In this document: piece after piece, positions 1 to 8,611 of the stretch
Position numbering within the stretch: position 1 is the stretch's first letter
Layout of the letters: each line of letters starts with the position of its first letter
Source: Kiritimatiellia bacterium
GTDB lineage: Bacteria; Verrucomicrobiota; Kiritimatiellia; UBA8416; SLMC01
Length of the DNA stretch: 54,380 nucleotides
Assembly (NCBI GenBank): GCA_007134465.1
Contig: SLKS01000311.1
Location: 1-54,380 of the forward strand
Direction of reading: 5' to 3'
Translations under genes and position numbers: made by a program
The notes under the pieces: generated by a model
What the model was told of the DNA's origin: nothing
Database searches by the model: none
The model's input: the letters and a program-made list of their open reading frames with translations, nothing else

Positions 1-515
1 GAGAACGGGTTGGTTCGGCGGAATTCGGCATGGGCGTAGCCCATGTCGTCGGGCAGGTCGGGCATGGATTCGCCGTCCACATAGAAATATTGCCGATGCG
101 GTTCGTCGCTTTCGTTGACCATCTCGACGAGCGCGCGCTCGCGGAAGGGCATGGGCAGGTAGCAATTCAGGGCACAGCCTTGATTGAATTGATGGGAGGC
201 TTTCGTGGAAGCTGTGAAGAACAAGGACTGGTACGAGGCGACCAGACCGTGGCCCAGTCCGAAGAAGTCGCCTAGCGGACAAAGGATGCTGGGGCGCGGG
301 GCGTTGTCCCACGTGATGCGCAAGAGGCATTCCCGGTAGTGTTTGCTCTGGGTCATCCACAAATGCGTGATTTGGCCGGGCCCGCGAAGGTCGGCCAGGA
401 CCCGGGTTTCGCCCGGGGGGATGGACCAGGAATCGGCATTGCGGCCGGACACGTCCCAGGAAGACTGGCGGAAGGCGGTGCGGTTGCGAATGCGCGCGAT
501 TTCGGACAAGTTCAT
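1..515 (-). CDS. DUF2961 / GH172-family protein, N-terminal part only (3' end runs off the window)
   Basis: Absent from the ORF track because it is open at position 1. My translation of the reverse strand from the ATG (complement of 513-515) gives MNLSEIARIRNRTAFRQSSWDVSGRNADSWSIPPGETRVLADLRGPGQITHLWMTQ.... The SSWD..GRN...PGE..LAD..GPG.ITH.W string matches my memory of the DUF2961 N-terminus. GGAGAG SD (complement of 522-527) lies 6 nt upstream. Confidence 0.7.
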   Translation of the reverse strand, partial: MNLSEIARIRNRTAFRQSSWDVSGRNADSWSIPPGETRVLADLRGPGQITHLWMTQSKHYRECLLRITWDNAPRPSILCPLGDFFGLGHGLVASYQSLFFTASTKASHQFNQGCALNCYLPMPFRERALVEMVNESDEPHRQYFYVDGESMPDLPDDMGYAHAEFRRTNPF

Positions 516-639
516 GGCAGGCTCTCCTTTCGGTTGTTGCGCTTTCTTCTAGCGATAGCGCTTGCCGATCCGCAATGGAATGGCTTATGTTCGGTTTGAT
601 TTGTGTTATCTTATGCTTTTCGGCGTTGGGAGGCGGAAA

Positions 640-1485
640 ATGGATGGCTTCAAGCGCTTCTATGTGGGATCTCCGATTCGCACGGACGAGATTACGGTTC
701 GGGGCGTGGGATACCGGGAGCGGATGCGTCCGGTGACGATCGATCGGCCGTCGGGAACCGGCGACTGGCTGTTTATGGCGTTTTACGATCCGGTTCTGTT
801 GTGGCGTGCCGGGCGGCCGGAACGGTTTGCCGGAAAAACAGGCGTGGCGTGGGCGCCGGGCGACCGGCAGTATTACGGCAATCCCGACAGGGGTTTTGCG
901 CATACCTGGATGCATGGCGACGGGCGTCGGATTCGGGACGCGATTCGCGCGGTCGGGCTGCCGGTGGGGACGCCGTTCCCTTTGCGTTCGTTGGACGGCA
1001 TCGAAGCCTGTGCGCTGGCCCTGCATCGGGAAATGGAAACGGGCGAGCGCGCCGATGCCGTTGTGGCGGGCAATGTGGCGGAGAATCTGGTACGCGAGTT
1101 CTGGCGCGCGGGGGGCTTCGACGGGCAGCCGGTTGCGCCGGAGCGGATCGCCGCGGTCCGGCGCCACATCGAGACCCATTATCGCGAGCCGTTGTCCTTG
1201 CGGGAACTGGCGCGACAGGCGGGCTGTTCCGTGCCGCATTTCTGCGCGGAGTTCAAGCGGGTGTACGGGTTTTCGGCGCTGGACTACGCGATTCGGCTGC
1301 GCATGGCCGAGGCGGTTCATTGTCTGCGCGACGTGAACATGCCGGTGGCCGAAGTCGCGATGCGGGTCGGCTACGAGGACGTTTGCCATTTCAGCAAGCT
1401 GTTCAAGCGGCATGTCGGGGTTGCGCCGAGCGCGACGCGCGCTCCGAAAAAAAAGAGAAAAAAAGAGAAACACCCCCTTGCATGA
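640..1485 (+). CDS. AraC family transcriptional regulator (cupin-like N-domain plus C-terminal double HTH)
   Basis: The C-terminus LSLRELARQAGCSVPHFCAEFKRVYGFSALDYAIRLRMAEAVHCLRDVNMPVAEVAMRVGYEDVCHFSKLFKRHVGVAPS is a typical AraC/XylS HTH. The track ORF starts at TTG 562. ATG 640 is preceded by GGAGG (628-632), so I prefer it. Divergent from the DUF2961 gene. Confidence 0.85.
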   Translation: MDGFKRFYVGSPIRTDEITVRGVGYRERMRPVTIDRPSGTGDWLFMAFYDPVLLWRAGRPERFAGKTGVAWAPGDRQYYGNPDRGFAHTWMHGDGRRIRDAIRAVGLPVGTPFPLRSLDGIEACALALHREMETGERADAVVAGNVAENLVREFWRAGGFDGQPVAPERIAAVRRHIETHYREPLSLRELARQAGCSVPHFCAEFKRVYGFSALDYAIRLRMAEAVHCLRDVNMPVAEVAMRVGYEDVCHFSKLFKRHVGVAPSATRAPKKKRKKEKHPLA

Positions 1486-1621
1486 TTCGGGGTTATGACG
1501 TAGAAGGGGAGTTTCGCAACGGTTCGGCAAGCGTGTAACGAAGACGGCCGACGCGGGCGCTTTCGGGCGGCAATGAACGGGCGACAGCGCGAACAATAGA
1601 CAGAAGGAGGGTGCAGCATTC

Positions 1622-2005
1622 ATGACGCCGGATGACAGGAAATACACGAAATCTCACGAATGGATCAAAGTCGAGGACGACATTGCCGTGGTGGGAATCA
1701 CCGATCATGCGCAGGAAGCGCTAGGCGACATCACCTTTGTCGAACTGCCGTCGGCGGGCGAAAGCGTCGAAGCGGGTACCGAATGCGCGGTGATCGAATC
1801 GGTCAAGGCGGCCAGCGACATTCTGGCGCCGGTGGCCGGCGAAGTTTCCGAGGCGAACACGACGCTCGACGATTCGCCCGAGATGATCAACGAGAGCGTG
1901 TACGAGGACGGCTGGATTTTCAAGCTGCGCAACTTCGACGAAGCCGAGGTCGAAGCGCTGCTGGACGCCGACCAGTACGAGGCGTCGCTGGAGAAAGATG
2001 ATTAA
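1622..2005 (+). CDS. gcvH: glycine cleavage system protein H
   Basis: 127 aa. YTKSHEWIKVEDD..VGITDHAQEALGDITFVELP...ESVKAASD (lipoyl-lysine motif). AGGAGG SD upstream. Confidence 0.95.
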   Translation: MTPDDRKYTKSHEWIKVEDDIAVVGITDHAQEALGDITFVELPSAGESVEAGTECAVIESVKAASDILAPVAGEVSEANTTLDDSPEMINESVYEDGWIFKLRNFDEAEVEALLDADQYEASLEKDD

Positions 2006-2103
2006 ACTGTTCCGTTACGAGATGCTACGCATTTGCGTCGCATCATTTGAAATATGAAATTTGAGATTTGGGATGCGGGCGAAGCCCGCCTTAAGGCTTT
2101 CCC

Positions 2104-3441
2104 ATGAGCTACGTGGCGAACACGGCGGAACAGCGGGCGGCCATGCTCGATGCCTGCAGGGCGAAATCCGTCGCGGATTTCTTTTCCGTGATTCCGGAAT
2201 CGGCACGGCCGCGTTCGTTCGCACTGCCGCCGCCCAAGTCCGAAATGGAGACGCTGGAACGTTTTCGCCAATTGGCGACGCGCAACTATTCGCACCTGAC
2301 CTGCTTTCTTGGCGGCGGCATTTACGACCACTACATTCCGGCCGCCGTGGACGCGCTGGCCTCGCGCAGCGAGTTCTATACGGCCTATACGCCCTACCAG
2401 CCGGAACTGTCGCAGGGGACCTTGCAGGCGATCTACGAATACCAGACGGACATCTGCCGGCTGACCGGCATGGACGTGGCGAACGCCTCCCTGTACGACG
2501 GCGGCACCGCGCTGTGCGAGGCGTGCCAGATGGCGTTGCACGCCACGGGCCGCTCGCGCGTTGTGCTGGACGGCGGCATCAGCCCCGTCTATCGCACCAT
2601 GCTGGATTCCTACACGGCGAATCTTTCGATCGAATTCTTTCAGACGGAGATTGCGCCGGGGCCGACGAACCGCGCGGCTCTGTACGAGGCGCTGGACGAC
2701 CGTACGGCGGCGGTCATCCTGCAAAACCCGAACTTCTTCGGCGTGGCCGACGATTTTTCGGATATTGTGCGCCATTGCCGCGAGCGCGGAATCCGCACCA
2801 TCGTCTCCGTCTATCCTACGGCGCTGGCTCTGTTGAAGACGCCGGGCGAGATGGGCGTGGACATCGCGGTGGGCGAAGGCCAGCCGCTCGGCATTCCGCT
2901 GGCCTTCGGCGGGCCCTATCTCGGTTTTCTCGCCACCACCGACAAACTGGTTCGACGCATGCCCGGCCGCCTGGTCGGGCGAACGGTTGATCGCCAGGGC
3001 CGGGAGGCGTTCGTACTGACGCTGCAGGCGCGCGAGCAGCATATTCGGCGCGAGAAGTCCACGTCGAACATTTGCACGAACGAGGGACTCTGCGCCTTGC
3101 GCGCGCATATCTACCTGAGCCTGCTGGGCAAGAAGGGATTCAAGGATCTGGCCGCGCTGTGCCATGCCAAGGCGCGCTACGCGCGCGACCGGCTGCGCGC
3201 GATTCCGGGCGTGGAGATTCTCGACGGGCATCCGTTCTTCAACGAGTTCATTGCGCGGCTGCCCATGGATGCCAGCGAAGCGGCCGGGCAACTGGTGGAA
3301 CAGGGGCTGGCGCCGGGGCTGCCGCTGGGCCGATTCTACCCCAACATGGCTCGGCTGCTGCTGGTGGCGGTAACGGAAAAGAGGACCAAGCGAGATATCG
3401 GCATGCTGGCCGAATCGCTGGACGCGATTTTGAACCAATAG
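2104..3441 (+). CDS. gcvPA: glycine dehydrogenase (aminomethyl-transferring) subunit 1
   Basis: 445 aa. Conserved FLGGG.YDHYIPA...EFYTAYTPYQPE.SQG.LQ..YE.Q. Follows gcvH and precedes gcvPB. Confidence 0.95.
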   Translation: MSYVANTAEQRAAMLDACRAKSVADFFSVIPESARPRSFALPPPKSEMETLERFRQLATRNYSHLTCFLGGGIYDHYIPAAVDALASRSEFYTAYTPYQPELSQGTLQAIYEYQTDICRLTGMDVANASLYDGGTALCEACQMALHATGRSRVVLDGGISPVYRTMLDSYTANLSIEFFQTEIAPGPTNRAALYEALDDRTAAVILQNPNFFGVADDFSDIVRHCRERGIRTIVSVYPTALALLKTPGEMGVDIAVGEGQPLGIPLAFGGPYLGFLATTDKLVRRMPGRLVGRTVDRQGREAFVLTLQAREQHIRREKSTSNICTNEGLCALRAHIYLSLLGKKGFKDLAALCHAKARYARDRLRAIPGVEILDGHPFFNEFIARLPMDASEAAGQLVEQGLAPGLPLGRFYPNMARLLLVAVTEKRTKRDIGMLAESLDAILNQ

Positions 3442-3447
3442 GCGGTT

Positions 3448-4908
3448 ATGGCTGTGATATTCGACAAAAGCGTTCCGGGGCGGCACGGCGTATCGTTGCC
3501 GGCATGCGATGTGCCGGAAGGGCTGGAGATACCCGCCGCGTTGCTTCGTCAATCGGATGCGGCGTTGCCGGAACTGTCCGAACTGGATGTCGTGCGTCAC
3601 TTCACCGAGCTTTCGCGCCGCAATTTCGGGGTGGATACCGGTTTCTATCCGCTGGGCTCGTGCACAATGAAATACAATCCGAAAGCTCTGGAGGCTGTAG
3701 CCGCGCTGGAAGGGTTTTCCGATTTGCATCCGTTTCTCCCGCAGTTGCGGCATGGCGGCATGCTGACGCAGGGCGCCCTGCAAGTTCTGTACGAACTGGA
3801 GAAGGCGCTGTGCGAGATCGGCGGGATGGAGGCCTTCACCTTGCATCCGATGGCCGGCGCGCACGGCGAGCTGACCGGCATGATGCTGATTGCCGCCTAT
3901 CACCGGCACAAGGGCAACCGCAAAACCGAGGTGCTCATTCCGGACGAGGCGCACGGCACGAATCCGTCGAGCGCGGCCATTGCCGGCTATACGGTGCGGC
4001 CGATGCCGACGAACACGCGCACGGGCATGCTCGACGTGGTCGCGCTGGAATCCATGCTGAGCGACAATACGGCGGCCATCATGCTGACCAATCCGAATAC
4101 GCTGGGCATCTTCAATCGCGATATCGAGCGCGTGGTTGAAATCGCGCACGCGCGCGATGCGCTGGTCTATTACGACGGGGCCAACCTGAACGCCATTCTC
4201 GGCAAATTTCGGCCGGGCGACGTGGGCATAGACGTCATGCATATCAACCTGCACAAGACATTCGCCACGCCGCATGGCGGGGGCGGCCCGGGCGCCGGAC
4301 CGGTAGGCGTGCGCGCGAACCTGGAGCCGTTTCTGCCCGTCTCGCGCGTGGTCAAGCGCGCCGACAACACGTTTTCGCTGGACTACAATCGCCCGCTTTC
4401 CATCGGCTATGTTTCGCCGTTTTACGGAAATTTCTCGATCTGCCTGCGCGCCTATGCGTATATCGTGCTACTAGGCGCGCAAGGGTTGATCGAGGTCGGC
4501 GAAAACGCCGTGCTCAACGCCAATTACGCGATGCATGCGCTCAAGGACGCCTTCGAACTGCCCTACGATACCGTGTGCATGCACGAATTCGTGCTGTCCG
4601 CGCGCCGTCAGGCTGAACGCGGCGTACACGCCGTGGACATCGCCAAAGCCCTGATTGATCGCGGCTTCCATCCGCCCACAGTCTATTTCCCGCTGATCGT
4701 CAAGGAAGCGCTGATGATCGAGCCAACGGAAACGGAAAGCAAGGAAACGCTCGACGCGTTCATCGCCGCCATGCGCGCCATCGCCGAACAGGCCGAGCAC
4801 GATCCGGATGTCTTGCGCCAGGCCCCGCGCACCACGCCGGTGAACCGCCCCGACGAGACGCGCGCCGCCAAAGCCAAGGATTTTCGATTTCCTGAAAAAG
4901 CGGGTTGA
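3448..4908 (+). CDS. gcvPB: glycine dehydrogenase (aminomethyl-transferring) subunit 2
   Basis: 486 aa. YPLGSCTMKYNPK, HINLHKTF..PHGGGGPG.GP (PLP-lysine region). Confidence 0.95.
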   Translation: MAVIFDKSVPGRHGVSLPACDVPEGLEIPAALLRQSDAALPELSELDVVRHFTELSRRNFGVDTGFYPLGSCTMKYNPKALEAVAALEGFSDLHPFLPQLRHGGMLTQGALQVLYELEKALCEIGGMEAFTLHPMAGAHGELTGMMLIAAYHRHKGNRKTEVLIPDEAHGTNPSSAAIAGYTVRPMPTNTRTGMLDVVALESMLSDNTAAIMLTNPNTLGIFNRDIERVVEIAHARDALVYYDGANLNAILGKFRPGDVGIDVMHINLHKTFATPHGGGGPGAGPVGVRANLEPFLPVSRVVKRADNTFSLDYNRPLSIGYVSPFYGNFSICLRAYAYIVLLGAQGLIEVGENAVLNANYAMHALKDAFELPYDTVCMHEFVLSARRQAERGVHAVDIAKALIDRGFHPPTVYFPLIVKEALMIEPTETESKETLDAFIAAMRAIAEQAEHDPDVLRQAPRTTPVNRPDETRAAKAKDFRFPEKAG

Positions 4909-4933
4909 CATGCCAAACGATTTTTGATTAGTT
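4905..4933 (+). promoter_or_regulatory. candidate sigma70-type promoter for rplM-rpsI
   Basis: TTGACA (4905-4910), a 17-nt spacer, then TTAGTT (4928-4933), in a locally AT-rich gap between gcvPB and rplM. The -10 element is weak. Confidence 0.3.
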
Positions 4934-4980
4934 TCCCGTCTTTATTTCCGAGACCGAGAGGAACCGACGTGAAAGACAGC

Positions 4981-5412
4981 ATGAAGACGACTCTGGCGAA
5001 GGATCCGGGCACGAACCGGGCCTGGTGGATTGTGGACGCGCAGGACCGCGTACTGGGCCGCATGGCCACGCGGATCGCCAACCGATTGCGCGGCAAAGAC
5101 AAGCCGAACTATACGCCCCATGTAGATACGGGCGATTTCGTGATAGTGATCAATGCCGACAAAGTGAAGCTGACCGGCAAGAAAGAGGAGAACAAAATTT
5201 ATCGCCGCTACAGCGGCTGGCGCAGCGGACTGAAAGAAACGTCGGCGGCCACGATGCGCAAGCAACATCCCGATCGCATCGTCAAGACGGCCGTCCGCGG
5301 CATGCTGCCGAAAAACCGGCTCAGCCGAACGCACCTCGGAAGATTGAAGGTCTATGCGGGAGAAGCGCACCCGCACGCCGCCCAACAACCCAAACCCGAA
5401 AATTTTTCTTAA
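4981..5412 (+). CDS. rplM: 50S ribosomal protein L13
   Basis: MKTTLAKDPGTNRAWWIVDAQDRVLGRMATRIANRLRGKDKPNYTPHVDTGDFVIVINA aligns with the canonical L13 N-terminus. The track ORF starts at 4924. GTG 4969 (GAGAGGA SD 6 nt upstream) is an alternative start. Confidence 0.93.
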   Translation: MKTTLAKDPGTNRAWWIVDAQDRVLGRMATRIANRLRGKDKPNYTPHVDTGDFVIVINADKVKLTGKKEENKIYRRYSGWRSGLKETSAATMRKQHPDRIVKTAVRGMLPKNRLSRTHLGRLKVYAGEAHPHAAQQPKPENFS

Positions 5413-5451
5413 CATGCATCGGCCGTTTCCGAGCGGTCGGCGCAGCAGGAC

Positions 5452-5865
5452 ATGGAGAGAACGGTGACAAAGGAAACGGAATTGGTATTTAGCGCGACCG
5501 GTCGCCGCAAGACGGCGGTAGCGCGCGTTCGCCTGGCTCCCGGTACCGGAGTCTGGAAAGTGAACCGCCGGGGAGTGGACGACTATTTCTGCAGCGAAGC
5601 TCTGGTGAAATATGTCGAGCAGCCAATGCAAATCACGCAATCCCGCGAGAAGTACGACATCAGCGCCAAGGTGTGCGGCGGCGGCATTGCCGGGCAGGCA
5701 GGCGCGTTGCGGCACGGACTGGCACGCGCGCTGGTTTTGGCCGACAGCTCGTTCCGGGACGTGCTCAAGAACAGCGGCTGCCTCACACGCGATTCACGCA
5801 TGAAGGAGCGTAAAAAATCCGGACAGCCCGGGGCACGGAAGCGCTTCCAATTTTCGAAGCGCTGA
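5452..5865 (+). CDS. rpsI: 30S ribosomal protein S9
   Basis: GRRKTAVARVRL.PG.G...N and the C-terminal RKKSGQPGARKRFQFSKR. Confidence 0.95.
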   Translation: MERTVTKETELVFSATGRRKTAVARVRLAPGTGVWKVNRRGVDDYFCSEALVKYVEQPMQITQSREKYDISAKVCGGGIAGQAGALRHGLARALVLADSSFRDVLKNSGCLTRDSRMKERKKSGQPGARKRFQFSKR

Positions 5866-5896
5866 TTTGTTTTTCAAAAGGTTTCCGATCCGGATC

Positions 5897-5934
5897 GAAA
5901 CGGCCCTGGCTCCTGCCAAGGCCGTTTCTTTTTT
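5897..5934 (+). terminator. rho-independent terminator after rpsI
   Basis: GAAACGGCC(C)TGGC-tcct-GCCA(A)GGCCGTTTC followed by TTTTTT (5929-5934). Confidence 0.75.
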
Positions 5935-6050
5935 ACGCCCGCGCTTTTCACTTGCGATTTTCCCGGCTTTCCGTCAGGGTGTTCCTTTCTGTTCCGCTCA
6001 ACGGCAAAACGCGCCGTTGCAAGGCGAACCGACGAACGTAAGGATTGTCC

Positions 6051-8609
6051 ATGAAATCTATTCAATTGTTCAACGTTTCCCCGTCCATGCCGCAGGAACT
6101 GTCGTTTCTGGAAACGTTGTCCCGCAATCCCTGGTGGTGCTGGAACGGGGACGCATTCGAGCTCTTTCGCCGGATCGAGCCGACACTCTGGCGCAACAGC
6201 GGTCACAATCCGTTGCGGTTTTTCAGCCAAATCCCGCAGGGCCGGCTCGAGGCGCTGGTTGAAGACGAAGGATTCATGAGCCATTGCGAGCAGGTGCAGC
6301 AGCGCTTCGAGGCGGAAGTGCATCTCGGCGAGGACGGCAAGCCGTTCGAAGAGCCCAAGGAATGCGTCGCCTATTTCTCCTGCGAATACGGAATTCACGA
6401 AAGCTTGCGGCTCTATTCCGGCGGGCTCGGCTGTCTGGCCGGCGACCATCTCAAGGCCGCTTCTGACATGGGCTTGCCCTTGGTGGCCGTGGGGTTGATG
6501 TATCGGTGCGGGTATTTTCAGCAATTCCTGAGCGAGGACGGATGGCAGCAGGAAGCCTGTCCGGAGAACCAAGTCCATTTCATGCCCATGCAGCGGGCGG
6601 TGGACGACGAAAACCGCGAGGTGGAAGTGTTTCTGCCGCTTCCGGACGGAGTGGTCAAGGCGGCAGTGTGGCGCCTGCCGGTCGGACGCATACCGCTGTT
6701 TCTGCTGGATACGAACATTCCGGACAACCCGCCGGGACTGCGCGAGATCACCTGGCAGTTGTACCAGTCCGACCGCAAAACCCGCTTGCGGCAGGAACTT
6801 CTGCTTGGAATCGGCGGCATGCGGGCGCTGGAGGCGCTCGGCTTTTCGCCGCTGGCCTGTCACATCAACGAGGGACATGCGGCGTTCTTGAGTCTCGAAC
6901 GTGTCGCGCAAGTGGAGCGTAAACTCAAGGTCGGCGTGGAGGAGTCCATGGAAATTGTGCGTCGCACAAACATTTTCACGACGCATACCCCTGTTCCCGC
7001 CGGCAACGAAACTTTTTCTCCGGATCTGGTTCGCAGCCATTTGGCCGCGTTGAAAAACGAACTCCCCGTGAGCCCGGAGACAATCATGACGCTGGGCCGT
7101 CCGCCCGGCACGGACGATCAGCACGATTTTTCCATGACCGTGCTGGGCATTCGCACGGCGAAGCTGTGCAACGGCGTGAGCAAACTGCACGGGCAGGTCG
7201 CGCGCCGGATGTGGGCTCATTTGTGGCCGGGCCGTCCGCACGACGAGGTTCCGATTCGCCACGTCACAAACGGCGCGCATGTGTCTAGCTGGCTTTCGTC
7301 GGACAACGCCTCCCTGTACGATCGGCATCTCGGTCCCGAGTGGCGCGACGATCCGTCCACCGAGCCTGTGCTGGCACGCGTCATGAATATCCCCGACGAG
7401 GAATTGTGGCGCGCTCATGAGATCAACCGAACCCGTCTTGTACGCGCCGCGCGCGAGCAGGGCGAGAAGCAATATGCGGTACGCAACGCGCCCAAAGCGG
7501 AAGTGGATATCATCAGAAAAGTCTTGCGGCACGATGTGCTGACCATTGGTTTCGCCCGGCGATTCGCGACCTACAAGCGCGCCACGCTCCTGTTCCGGGA
7601 TCGGGCGCGTCTGGAAGCGCTGCTGACCAACAAGGAACGGCCCGTGCAGATCATTCTGGCCGGAAAAGCCCATCCGGCGGACGATACCGCCAAGGAGCTG
7701 ATTCGCGAAGTCGTGCGTTTCTCGCGACAGGAACATGTGCGCTCCCGCATCATTTTCCTCGAGGATTACGACATTCGGATCGGGCGCTACATGGTGCAGG
7801 GGGTGGACGTGTGGCTCAACACCCCGCGCCGCCCGCAGGAAGCCAGCGGCACCTCCGGCATGAAGGCGGCGGTCAATGGCGGCATCAACCTGAGCTGCCT
7901 GGACGGCTGGTGGGACGAAGCCTATACGCCGGAATGCGGCTGGGCGATCGGCGCGGGGGAAGAATACGAAAACGCCGACTATCAGGACGCCGTGGAATCC
8001 AAAGCCTTGTACAATCTGCTGGAAAACGAGGTGATTCCCTGCTTCTACGACCGGTCCGACGCGGAAATTCCCGAAAAATGGATTGGCATGATGAAATCCT
8101 CGATCCGCACCGCTTTCTCCTTTTTCTCCAGCTGCCGCATGCTCAAGGAATACAATGCCAACTATTACGAGCCCGCCATGCAGGCCTATCGGGAACTCTC
8201 GGGCAACGATTGCGCGCTCGCCCGCGAGCTTGTCGCGCGGCGGCAGCGTCTGGAAACGTTGTGGGGGCAGATCGCGGTGGAAAGGCCGACAACCGACCGC
8301 GACATCTCGAACGTGCATGTGGGCGAAACGTTTCGCGTGTCCGTCACCGTGCAACTGGGCGAGATTCAGCCTGAGGAAGTGGACATTCAAGTCTATTACG
8401 GCCCCGTGTCGACCGGCAACGCCATTGTGGAAAGCCATTCCGAAACCATGACGCTGGCCGAGCAGAAGGGGGAAGGCGTCTGGCTTTATTCGCATGAACT
8501 GACGTGCCGCCATACGGGTCGCTACGGGCTCACGGCCCGGGCCATGCCGCGCAGCGGCGAGTGGCGGCAATGGGTGCCGGGCTTTCTGACCTGGGCGGAC
8601 GGAGTCTAG
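6051..8609 (+). CDS. glgP: alpha-glucan family phosphorylase (GT35, DUF3417-type N-terminus)
   Basis: 852 aa. N-terminus L..L..NLWW.WN..A..LF..IDP..W type. The EASGTSGMKAAVNGG PLP-lysine motif is present. ATG 6051 has AAGGA 6 nt upstream (the track starts at TTG 6045). Confidence 0.9.
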   Translation: MKSIQLFNVSPSMPQELSFLETLSRNPWWCWNGDAFELFRRIEPTLWRNSGHNPLRFFSQIPQGRLEALVEDEGFMSHCEQVQQRFEAEVHLGEDGKPFEEPKECVAYFSCEYGIHESLRLYSGGLGCLAGDHLKAASDMGLPLVAVGLMYRCGYFQQFLSEDGWQQEACPENQVHFMPMQRAVDDENREVEVFLPLPDGVVKAAVWRLPVGRIPLFLLDTNIPDNPPGLREITWQLYQSDRKTRLRQELLLGIGGMRALEALGFSPLACHINEGHAAFLSLERVAQVERKLKVGVEESMEIVRRTNIFTTHTPVPAGNETFSPDLVRSHLAALKNELPVSPETIMTLGRPPGTDDQHDFSMTVLGIRTAKLCNGVSKLHGQVARRMWAHLWPGRPHDEVPIRHVTNGAHVSSWLSSDNASLYDRHLGPEWRDDPSTEPVLARVMNIPDEELWRAHEINRTRLVRAAREQGEKQYAVRNAPKAEVDIIRKVLRHDVLTIGFARRFATYKRATLLFRDRARLEALLTNKERPVQIILAGKAHPADDTAKELIREVVRFSRQEHVRSRIIFLEDYDIRIGRYMVQGVDVWLNTPRRPQEASGTSGMKAAVNGGINLSCLDGWWDEAYTPECGWAIGAGEEYENADYQDAVESKALYNLLENEVIPCFYDRSDAEIPEKWIGMMKSSIRTAFSFFSSCRMLKEYNANYYEPAMQAYRELSGNDCALARELVARRQRLETLWGQIAVERPTTDRDISNVHVGETFRVSVTVQLGEIQPEEVDIQVYYGPVSTGNAIVESHSETMTLAEQKGEGVWLYSHELTCRHTGRYGLTARAMPRSGEWRQWVPGFLTWADGV

Positions 8610-8611
8610 TC

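Noticed and set aside
1486-1621. Possible glycine riboswitch in the 136-nt leader upstream of gcvH.
   Set aside because: Glycine riboswitches commonly precede gcv operons. Here I find only fragments (GAAGGGGAG, CGGGCGGCAA, GGGCGACAG) rather than the conserved GGAGAG...CCGAAGGGGCAA...CUCAGGCAAAAGGAC core. Unresolved rather than excluded: a cmsearch with RF00504 would settle it.
2002-4275. Very long ORFs antisense or out of frame to real genes. Examples: 2002..4275(-) 757 aa, 5874..8570(-) 898 aa, 22261..24468(+) 735 aa, 26505..28355(+) 616 aa, 34848..38282(+) 1144 aa, 40238..43087(+) 949 aa, 49436..51889(-) 817 aa and 50739..53477(+) 912 aa.
   Set aside because: They overlap genes with unmistakable homology (gcvP, glgP, r-proteins, rpoBC, tamAB). 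Their translations are Arg/Ala/Gly/Pro-rich and low in complexity, with no recognisable motifs. Stop-poor shadow frames are expected in high-GC DNA.
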